The position numbers and the translations under genes were made by a program. This document shows, one piece after another, positions 1 to 7,284 of a stretch of 47,703 nucleotides of DNA. The DNA is taken from NCBI GenBank assembly GCA_018064625.1, contig JAGHUW010000006.1, forward strand, positions 1 through 47,703. Reading direction: 5' to 3'. Numbering within the stretch: position 1 is the stretch's first letter; each line of letters starts with the position of its first letter. The stretch is from Candidatus Cryptobacteroides equifaecalis (GTDB lineage Bacteria > Bacteroidota > Bacteroidia > Bacteroidales > UBA932). The notes under the pieces were generated by a model. It saw only the letters and a list, made by a program, of their open reading frames with translations. It ran no database searches and was not told the DNA's origin.

Positions 1-135
1 ATTGCAATGCTTATCAGCGTATTTGCGGGAATGGATGTCCTTACCTGGCAGAAATGCCTTGCGGCAGTCCTGATATTCGGCGGCGTGGCCACGGTCAGCC
101 ACAGCCGCGCCAGAGCTGATAAGACAAAAGCCTAA
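1..135 (+). CDS. 3' end of EamA/DMT-family transporter (partial, 5' end outside window)
   Basis: Frame 1 reads IAMLISVFAGMDVLTWQKCLAAVLIFGGVATVSHSRARADKTKA* (TAA 133-135). The G-x-[DE]-x-L-T-W...G-V final helix hairpin is typical of EamA C-termini. Confidence 0.75.
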   Translation: MAMLISVFAGMDVLTWQKCLAAVLIFGGVATVSHSRARADKTKA

Positions 136-1058
136 CTCTTGTCTTTATTGATCAGATAAATACCCAGAGCGGCAAGGGAACCAGAAAGGACATATTTCCA
201 GTAGAACGGCTCCGAGAGGCAGAGACAGGAGGTCACCGCACCCACAACAGGAATCAGTGAATTGTAGATTGCAACCTTGCCCACAGGATTGCAGCTCAGC
301 AGTTTGTTGTAGAGTGTGAATCCCGTTGTGGATATGACCACAAGGCAGGCGAGAATCACGCAGCCCCACAGAGTTACAACCGGGAGTGTGCCACCCAGAA
401 GCAGCCCGGGGACGATCAGGAGAGCTCCGCCTATGGCAAGGCTGTAGCCCGTTCCCACGAACACATCCACCCTGCGGCTGAGCCCTCGCGTCATGAGCGA
501 GGCCGCGGCGCTGCACAGGGCATTCAGCACGATCATTCCGTCTCCCATCAGCGTAAAGCGTCCGCTCTCCTCTCCTCCCAGATTGAGGGCAAGTATGCCT
601 CCTATGCCGATGATGCAGCCCAGAGCCTTGCGGACGGTGAACCTGTCACTTTTGAAAAGAAAGCAGGCCAATATGACCACAACGAACACGCCTAGTGAAT
701 TGAGTATTGCGGCGCGCGACCCTGCGCTGTTCGAGAGCCCGAAGTAGAAGAATGCGTAATGAAAGGTGGTGTTGAGAAGTGCGAACAAGATTATGTACCA
801 CCATTGACCCTTTTCCCTTAGACGGAAATCAAGTCTTCGTCCACCCGCTATGGCAAGGATGATAGCCCCGGAAAGGAAGAAACGTATGCCGGCGAAAAGC
901 ATCTTTCCGGCAGTCATGTCCCGGCTGATGTGGAATTCCGCAAAGCCGAGCTTTATGAGAGGATACGCCCATCCCCAGAGCACAGCAGCCGTGAGCGCGA
1001 AAAGCGAAAACCACAACGGCCTTCTGAATATGCTGGTCTGCTGAATATCTTCCATCAT
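132..1058 (-). CDS. EamA/DMT-family transporter
   Basis: 308 aa with about 10 hydrophobic segments; LWGWAYPLIK, AGIRF and LIPVVGAVTSCLCLSE are typical of two EamA repeats. Confidence 0.9.
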   Translation of the reverse strand: MMEDIQQTSIFRRPLWFSLFALTAAVLWGWAYPLIKLGFAEFHISRDMTAGKMLFAGIRFFLSGAIILAIAGGRRLDFRLREKGQWWYIILFALLNTTFHYAFFYFGLSNSAGSRAAILNSLGVFVVVILACFLFKSDRFTVRKALGCIIGIGGILALNLGGEESGRFTLMGDGMIVLNALCSAAASLMTRGLSRRVDVFVGTGYSLAIGGALLIVPGLLLGGTLPVVTLWGCVILACLVVISTTGFTLYNKLLSCNPVGKVAIYNSLIPVVGAVTSCLCLSEPFYWKYVLSGSLAALGIYLINKDKS

Positions 1059-1097
1059 GTTTTACCGGGAAATGACCCCGCTGCCGGAATCAACTGA

Positions 1098-2525
1098 TCA
1101 ATAGATGATGCATGTGCCCAGAGGGGTGAGCTCGGCTTTGAGTATTCCGCCTGAAACCTCTACCGGAGCACCGCTGATCTTGTCTAAGTATCTGTTGCCG
1201 GCATGTCTCACAGGGGCATCGACTGTCTGAGTGCTGCCGCTGATGTTGTTTATGGCTGCTCCTTTGCCGCCGCGCTCTATTATTGCAACGGCACCATCGC
1301 AGGTGAAGCTTACCTTCTCGTCAAGTCCGGACATGGCCTTGCGGAACTTGTTGGCAGCTGCCACTGCCGGGTGCTTGAAATTGTCGTTGCCCTTTGCTCC
1401 GGCTACGTTGTTTCCCCAGAAATTGCCTGCTGGGCCGTCGCTGCCGTCAGGACGGCTGTAGAAAAGCGGTGTTGCCTTGCTGCGGGCAACGAGGAAGGTC
1501 CAGGCAGCGCGTATCTGGGCGTCGCTGAGCGAGGCCGATTCGTGGTCGTTGCAGTAGGTGTCGTGACTCTCTACCCAGCTTACGAGTTTTGAAGGGTCAG
1601 CCGGATGAGCCCAGTCCATAGGGTCGTCAGCCTTCCATGAGGCTGCCTCGAGGTTTTTGCGGAGCTTGTAGCCCATTGAGCTGGCTGTGAGGCCCATGAA
1701 CTCCGGGTAAGCCTGCTCGCGTACGTTGCGGTCCTGCAGAACCTCTCCGTAGAAGAAAAGCGAATCCATAGGCAGTGCGAGCTGAATTCCTTTGACGCTC
1801 TTGCGTCCTGTGGCAACCTCCCAGAAGTCGTTCTCAGGGGCTTTCGCATCGCGAGGGTCATCCGGAAGGCCTATGTGCTTGGCTGTGTCGTAGCGGAAAC
1901 CTCGTACGCCGCAAGCCAGGAGCTCGTTTACATAATTCATGTAATATGCCTGGAAATCAGGATTTTCCGTATTTACGTCCGGCAGTCCGCCCATCTCTCC
2001 GGTGGTGCACTGGAAGCGGTCGTTGTAGTCGCGTATAGGGGTGAGTCCGTTGGCGTGGTAAAGGTTCTCGTGTCCGCCCACGGCTGCATCCATCTCCGCC
2101 TCCACCTTGCTCTGGTCTATGGCCGTATGGTTAGGCAGCACATCCACTATGATGCGTATGCCGTAACGGCGGGCTTCCTCGCACAGAGCCTTCAGGTCCT
2201 CTGCGCTGCCCACGTGCTGGTTTCCTATCGCCCATGCGGTAGGCTGGTAGTGATAGTACCAGCGTCCGTGTCCGAAGAGCTGCTGCCCTCCTTCTTCGTC
2301 ACCAGGGGTTCCTGTAACGCAGTGCTGTGCCGGAGAGGTCTGTACTATGGTGTAGCCGGCTGACGCTATGTCGGCAAGGTTCTCGCGTATCGAGTCGAAG
2401 CTCCAGCACCATGCGTGGAGTATGACGTCGTCGTTGGTCTCGATGGAGGCCTGATTGGCCCTGTTGCATGAAGCGAAGAGGAGAAGCGCTGCAAGGAATC
2501 CGGCGCAAATGCGTGTCATTTTCAT
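1098..2525 (-). CDS. Alpha-amylase, GH13 (Bacillus AmyE / GH13_28-like), predicted lipoprotein
   Basis: ILHAWCWSF; region I DVLPNH, II GFRYDTAKH, III YGEVLQ, IV WVESHD. Start moved to ATG 2525 (MKMTRICAGFLAALLLFASC, lipobox) because a -7 promoter element lies at 2547-2554. Confidence 0.9.
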   Translation of the reverse strand: MKMTRICAGFLAALLLFASCNRANQASIETNDDVILHAWCWSFDSIRENLADIASAGYTIVQTSPAQHCVTGTPGDEEGGQQLFGHGRWYYHYQPTAWAIGNQHVGSAEDLKALCEEARRYGIRIIVDVLPNHTAIDQSKVEAEMDAAVGGHENLYHANGLTPIRDYNDRFQCTTGEMGGLPDVNTENPDFQAYYMNYVNELLACGVRGFRYDTAKHIGLPDDPRDAKAPENDFWEVATGRKSVKGIQLALPMDSLFFYGEVLQDRNVREQAYPEFMGLTASSMGYKLRKNLEAASWKADDPMDWAHPADPSKLVSWVESHDTYCNDHESASLSDAQIRAAWTFLVARSKATPLFYSRPDGSDGPAGNFWGNNVAGAKGNDNFKHPAVAAANKFRKAMSGLDEKVSFTCDGAVAIIERGGKGAAINNISGSTQTVDAPVRHAGNRYLDKISGAPVEVSGGILKAELTPLGTCIIY

Positions 2526-2546
2526 ATATGGTTTCAAAATTTTTGT

Positions 2547-2573
2547 CAAATATAACAATAATTGGTAATTTTG
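2547..2573. promoter_or_regulatory. Back-to-back Bacteroidota -7 promoter elements for amylase (-) and pullulanase (+)
   Basis: TATATTTG on the minus strand (2547-2554) and TAATTTTG on the plus strand (2566-2573) both match TAnnTTTG. Confidence 0.65.
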
Positions 2574-2602
2574 CCGAGATACCAGATTAATAACCAAAAG
2601 AA

Positions 2603-4555
2603 ATGAAATCTTTTTACCACCTGCTGGGTGCTTTTTTCATCGCGCTCGTATGCTCTTGCAAGCAGAACATTGTTACATCTTCTTTCCCTGAAATGACATA
2701 TACTCCGGCTGCCACGGAATTCACGCTCTGGGCTCCTGATGCCGAGGCTGTATGCGTTTCCATATATGCCACAGCCGATCCGGATGAGCAGCCGCTCCAG
2801 ACCTGCCAGCTTGAAAAGGCAAAGGGAGCTTACTGGACAGCGAAGGTGAAAGGCGATCTGATGGACCGATTCTACGGTTTCCGTATCACCCAGGACGGAG
2901 TGCAGCTTCAGGAAACCCCGGGCGTGAATGCCCATGCGGTGGGACTCAACGGCCACAGGGGAGCCATCATAGACATGAAGGCTACTGACCCTGAAGGCTG
3001 GGCCGATGATGTGAAGCCGGCTTTGGGCAGTTTTGACGAGATAGTCCTGTATGAGGTGCATCACAGGGATATGACCATGGACCCGCAGAGCGGCGTTCAG
3101 CACAGGGGACAGTTCCTTGCATACACGGAGAACGGCACCACAAACGCGGCCGGAGATCCGACAGTGCTTGACCATATGGTAGACCTCGGTGTGACCCACG
3201 TCCACATCCTTCCTTCATTCGACGGAGCCGGTGACGAGGTTGCAAACCTTTACAACTGGGGCTACGACCCTCTCAACTACAATGTCCCTGAAGGAAAATA
3301 CTGCACTGACCCGGCCGACCCGTATTCCCGCATACGCGAGTTCAAGCAGATGGTTCAGGCCATGCACAGGAACGGCCTGCGCGTTGTCCTGGACGTTGTC
3401 TATAACCATACCGTGAGCACAGGCGACAGCAACTTCGACCTCACTGCCCCCAAGTATTTCTACCGCCTGCGTGAGGACGGAAGCTATTCGGACGGTTCCG
3501 GCTGCGGCAATGAGACGGCGAGCGAGAGGGAGATGATGCGCCGATATATGATAGAGTCTGTTCTCTACTGGGCGAAGGAATACCACATCGACGGATTCCG
3601 CTTCGACCTCATGGGTATCCATGACATAGTGACCATGAACGCCATTGCCGATGCCCTCCATGCCTACGATCCAAGCATATATGTCTATGGCGAGGGCTGG
3701 AGCGCCGGTACCTGCGTGCTTCCTTCAGACGAGCTTGCTATGAAGGCCAACGTCAGCCGCATGCCGAGGATAGCAGCCTTCGGAGACGAGCTGCGCGATG
3801 CCGTCCGCGGACCTTTCAGCGACGACAACCAGGGCGCATTCCTCTGCGGTGTGCCTGGCAATGCCGAGAGCATCAAATTCGGCCTTGCGGGAGCAATACA
3901 GCACCCTGGAATAGATTATGACAAAGTCAATTACAGCAAAGCTCCATGGGCACTCGAGCCTACTCAGATGATAAGCTACGTAAGCTGCCACGACGACCTC
4001 TGCTTCAGCGACCGCCTTCGCAAGAATCTTCCCGGCGACGAGTCTGTTCAGATCGCTGCCCTCAAGCTCGGCGAGACCATAGCCCTCTGTTCCCAGGGCG
4101 TGCCGTTCATCTTCTGCGGCGAGGAGATCTTCAGGGACAAGAAGGGAGTCCACAATTCCTACGAGAGCCCGGACAGCGTGAACAGCATAGAGTGGGAGCG
4201 CCGCCATACATATGCCGACGTATATGAGTACATGCGCGAGATGATCGCTATACGCAAGGCGCACAAGGCCTTCCACATGGGCGACGCAGCCCTCGTGCAG
4301 ACGAAGCTCGAGTTCCTCCCTTGCACGGACAATCTCGTTGCCTTCCACCTCAATGGCTCCGCCGTGGGCGACTCATGGGCCGATATCTACGTGGCATTCA
4401 ACGGTTCCGCCACAGAGGCAGCGTCGATTGAAGTCCCGGAAGGGGAGTACAGCGTAATCTGTGCCGACGGCCGCATCTGCCGCGATGGTCTTGCCGCCAC
4501 AGCGGGCGGCACCCTCAGCGTCGCCCCTATGTCTGCCCTTATCGTTGCCAGATAA
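2603..4555 (+). CDS. pulA: Type I pullulanase (CBM48 + GH13), predicted lipoprotein
   Basis: YNWGYDP type I pullulanase signature, DVVYNH, GFRFDLMG, YGEGW, YVSCHDD; N-terminal FTLWAP; signal peptide ending ALVCSC. Confidence 0.93.
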   Translation: MKSFYHLLGAFFIALVCSCKQNIVTSSFPEMTYTPAATEFTLWAPDAEAVCVSIYATADPDEQPLQTCQLEKAKGAYWTAKVKGDLMDRFYGFRITQDGVQLQETPGVNAHAVGLNGHRGAIIDMKATDPEGWADDVKPALGSFDEIVLYEVHHRDMTMDPQSGVQHRGQFLAYTENGTTNAAGDPTVLDHMVDLGVTHVHILPSFDGAGDEVANLYNWGYDPLNYNVPEGKYCTDPADPYSRIREFKQMVQAMHRNGLRVVLDVVYNHTVSTGDSNFDLTAPKYFYRLREDGSYSDGSGCGNETASEREMMRRYMIESVLYWAKEYHIDGFRFDLMGIHDIVTMNAIADALHAYDPSIYVYGEGWSAGTCVLPSDELAMKANVSRMPRIAAFGDELRDAVRGPFSDDNQGAFLCGVPGNAESIKFGLAGAIQHPGIDYDKVNYSKAPWALEPTQMISYVSCHDDLCFSDRLRKNLPGDESVQIAALKLGETIALCSQGVPFIFCGEEIFRDKKGVHNSYESPDSVNSIEWERRHTYADVYEYMREMIAIRKAHKAFHMGDAALVQTKLEFLPCTDNLVAFHLNGSAVGDSWADIYVAFNGSATEAASIEVPEGEYSVICADGRICRDGLAATAGGTLSVAPMSALIVAR

Positions 4556-4600
4556 TTCCGTATTTTCTCTTCGAGCCGACGCTTGGTGACAACAGGATAG

Positions 4601-4638
4601 AAAAAAGGATGGCCTGAGTATTCAGACCATCCTTCTTT
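4601..4638. terminator. Bidirectional intrinsic terminator between pulA and the aminotransferase
   Basis: A-tract, then AAGGATGG-c-CTGA-gtat-TCAG-a-CCATCCTT, then CTTT, between convergent genes. Confidence 0.8.
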
Positions 4639-4654
4639 GTATGCGGGAGAAGAC

Positions 4655-5860
4655 TTAGATTGTCCTTCCTGGATATGCCTTGAGGCCGGCCTCGAGGACT
4701 TCCATGGCTCTCTTGAGCTGCGGAACCTCGAGCACGTAGGCGATGCGGGCCTTGTTGGTTCCAACACCAGGGGTGCGGAAGAATGAGGCTGCAGGGGTCA
4801 CGAAGGCTGTCTCTCCGTCAAGGCGGAAGTCTGTGAGCATCCACTTTGCAAACTTCTCTGCATCATCTACAGGAAGCTCTGCCACGGTGTAGAAGGCACC
4901 CATAGGCATTGGGGTATAGACACCCTCCATCTTGTTGAGCATCTCTATGCAGACGTTGCGGCGCTTGATGTATTCCTGCTTTGTCTCCTCGAAATAGCTG
5001 TCCGGAGTGTCAAGTGCACCGATGGCAGCGTACTGGCCTAGAACCGGAGGACAGAGGCGTGCCTGCGCGAGCTTCATTGCAGCGGCCATTACGTCCTTGT
5101 TGTGTGAGATGATGCAGCCAATGCGTGAGCCGCAGAGGTTGTAACGCTTTGATACTGAATCCACAAGAATGACGTTCTGCTCGCATCCAGGGATGTTCAG
5201 GGCGCAGAAGTGAGGCTCGTCTGTGTAGCAGAACTCGCGGTAAACCTCGTCTGAGATGAGGAAGAGGTCATGCTTGCGGCAGAACTCTCCGATTGCGAGC
5301 ATCTCCTCCTTGGAGAAAAGCTTTCCTGAAGGGTTGCAAGGGTTGCAGAGGAGCACTGCGCGAGTCTTCGGGGTGAGGACCTTCTCGAACTCGCTGATGT
5401 CCGGGATGCGGAATCCTTCGCGTATGTCTGTCTTTATGGTCTTGAGGGTGATTCCATAGAGGAAGGCGAAAGTCTGATAGTTGGTGTAGAAAGGCTCGAT
5501 GACGATGATCTCGTCACCGGCGTCGCAAGCGATTCTCATGGCGCTGGCGAAGCCTTCGCTTCCCGCAACCTCCACCAGAAGTTCAGGTACCTCGATGTTT
5601 ATGCCTATCTTCTTGTAGTATTTCTCCACCAGACCCTGCCTGAGTTCCATGAAACCTGCCGAGTTGGTGTAAGAGAGATGATGCATGCCGGTGCATTCAT
5701 CGATGACTTTCTTCATGGCGCAGTCCGGGGATTTGATGTCCGGAGCACCTATGTTGAGATGATACACCTTCACGCCTTCCGCTTTTGCAGCGTCTGAGAA
5801 AGGGATGAGTTTTCTGATAGCCGAAGCCGGCATTTCACTGGTGATGTTGGAAATTTTCAT
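4655..5860 (-). CDS. PLP-dependent aminotransferase class I/II (aspartate aminotransferase-like)
   Basis: LNIGAPD, NPCNPSG, SDEVYREF, DSVSKRYNLCGSRIG (PLP lysine). Confidence 0.9.
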   Translation of the reverse strand: MKISNITSEMPASAIRKLIPFSDAAKAEGVKVYHLNIGAPDIKSPDCAMKKVIDECTGMHHLSYTNSAGFMELRQGLVEKYYKKIGINIEVPELLVEVAGSEGFASAMRIACDAGDEIIVIEPFYTNYQTFAFLYGITLKTIKTDIREGFRIPDISEFEKVLTPKTRAVLLCNPCNPSGKLFSKEEMLAIGEFCRKHDLFLISDEVYREFCYTDEPHFCALNIPGCEQNVILVDSVSKRYNLCGSRIGCIISHNKDVMAAAMKLAQARLCPPVLGQYAAIGALDTPDSYFEETKQEYIKRRNVCIEMLNKMEGVYTPMPMGAFYTVAELPVDDAEKFAKWMLTDFRLDGETAFVTPAASFFRTPGVGTNKARIAYVLEVPQLKRAMEVLEAGLKAYPGRTI

Positions 5861-5880
5861 TTTAATGCAAGTTATTTCCC

Positions 5881-5929
5881 CAAAGATAAGGCTTTTTTGC
5901 TGTATTTATCTTTTTTATGTTTATTTTTG
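5881..5929. promoter_or_regulatory. Divergent -7 elements for the aminotransferase (-) and small ORF-lysA (+)
   Basis: TATCTTTG on the minus strand at 5881-5888; TATTTTTG on the plus strand at 5922-5929, with TTTG at 5896-5899 as a possible -33. Confidence 0.6.
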
Positions 5930-5947
5930 CTTGGATAAACTGACATC

Positions 5948-6100
5948 ATGGCGGATAATTATTTGGAAAAGAGATATTCACAGGTGTTCAAGAAGAACAG
6001 CTATGTGGATCCGGAGACAGGATATGAGGTGAGCCGTACGGCCAGCCGCAGATTCCCCGCCGTCAAGACCCCCAAGGAAAAAGAAAACAACAAGAAATAG
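5948..6100 (+). CDS. Small 50-aa basic protein (MADNYLEK... N-terminus), below the ORF-track cutoff
   Basis: ATG 5948 to TAG 6100: MADNYLEKRYSQVFKKNSYVDPETGYEVSRTASRRFPAVKTPKEKENNKK. It starts 18 nt after a -7 element and ends 9 nt before lysA, filling the gap. Confidence 0.7.
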   Translation: MADNYLEKRYSQVFKKNSYVDPETGYEVSRTASRRFPAVKTPKEKENNKK

Positions 6101-6109
6101 TTAGTAGAC

Positions 6110-7270
6110 ATGCTTAGCAGACAGATTGCTGAAAAACTCAGGTCATACGAGACCCCTTTCTATCTTTATGACATAGACCTGCTCCGCCAGACACTTGACA
6201 GCGTGACAGCCGTTGCATCAAGATATGGATTCAAGCTCCATTATGCCATCAAGGCGAACTATGACCCGCGCATACTCCAGACCATAAACGAGTATGGGGT
6301 GGGAATAGACTGCGCTTCGGGCAATGAGGTTCGCTGCGCCATCGAGTCCGGATTCAGCCCCAACGGCATCGTATATGCCGGAGTAGGCAAGAAGGACAAG
6401 GAAATACGCTATGCCATAGAGCAGGGCATATTCTCCATCAACTGCGAGTCCCTCCAGGAGCTCGAGCAGATTGACAGGATAGCCGGAGAACTCGGCAAGG
6501 TGCAGAACATAGCCCTCCGTATCAACCCGGATATAGACCCTAAGACAAACAGCTGTATCGATACAGGCCAGGCCGACTCCAAGTTCGGCATCTCCTATGA
6601 GGAAGTCATGGAGAACGTGGATGTCATCAACTCATACAAGAATATTCACATCAAGGGAATGCATCTCCACATCGGTTCACAGATACGTGAGCTGCATGTG
6701 TTCGAGTACCTGTGTGACAAGGTCAACGCCATTGTGGAGCATCTCACTGCCCTTGGATTCGAATTCGATTTCGTGGATGTAGGAGGTGGACTCGGAATCA
6801 ACTACGACGTTCCTGAGAACGAGCCTGTTCCAAACTTCGCTTCCGTGTTCTCCATCATCAGCCAACATCTCAAGGTGGGTGGCAAAGAGGTTCACTTCGA
6901 GTTCGGAAGGGCCATCGTGGCACAGTGCGGTGAGCTCATCACCAGCGTGCTCTACAGAAAGGATACTGCAACCGGTAAGAAGATAGTCATCGTGGACGCA
7001 TCCATGACCGAACTCATCCGTCCTGCCCTCTATGGAGCATACCATAACATCGAGAACATTACCTCTGAGGAAACCCGCAAGGAGCGCTACTGCATCGCCG
7101 GTACAGCCTGCGAGAGCACTGACATCTTCGATCAGAGCGTTTCCCTTCCTGTGACCAGAAGGGGAGACCTGCTGACCATCAAGTCAGCAGGTGCCTACGG
7201 CATGTCAATGGCTTCACGCTACAATCAGCACGACCTTCCGGGCGCGGTTTACTCAGACGAAATAGAGTAG
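6110..7270 (+). CDS. lysA: Diaminopimelate decarboxylase
   Basis: ETPFYLYD, YAIKAN (PLP Lys), LRINP, SKFG, HIGSQ, DVGGG, RPALYGA, CESTD, GAYG, SRYN. Confidence 0.95.
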   Translation: MLSRQIAEKLRSYETPFYLYDIDLLRQTLDSVTAVASRYGFKLHYAIKANYDPRILQTINEYGVGIDCASGNEVRCAIESGFSPNGIVYAGVGKKDKEIRYAIEQGIFSINCESLQELEQIDRIAGELGKVQNIALRINPDIDPKTNSCIDTGQADSKFGISYEEVMENVDVINSYKNIHIKGMHLHIGSQIRELHVFEYLCDKVNAIVEHLTALGFEFDFVDVGGGLGINYDVPENEPVPNFASVFSIISQHLKVGGKEVHFEFGRAIVAQCGELITSVLYRKDTATGKKIVIVDASMTELIRPALYGAYHNIENITSEETRKERYCIAGTACESTDIFDQSVSLPVTRRGDLLTIKSAGAYGMSMASRYNQHDLPGAVYSDEIE

Positions 7271-7284
7271 CCCTCCGGAGGCAA

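Noticed and set aside
2526-2597. Extended amylase N-terminus in the ORF track
   Set aside because: It runs through both promoter elements; the ATG at 2525 gives a proper lipoprotein signal.
5805-6032. 75-aa plus-strand ORF before lysA
   Set aside because: It overlaps the aminotransferase start and the promoters; the 5948-6100 ORF in another frame fits better.
5861-6109. Lysine riboswitch or T-box upstream of lysA
   Set aside because: No matching conserved motifs or terminator are visible; the space is taken by promoters and the small ORF.
7272-7281. CCTCCGGAGG palindrome between lysA and addA as a terminator
   Set aside because: The stem is too short once a loop is allowed, and there is no U-tract.
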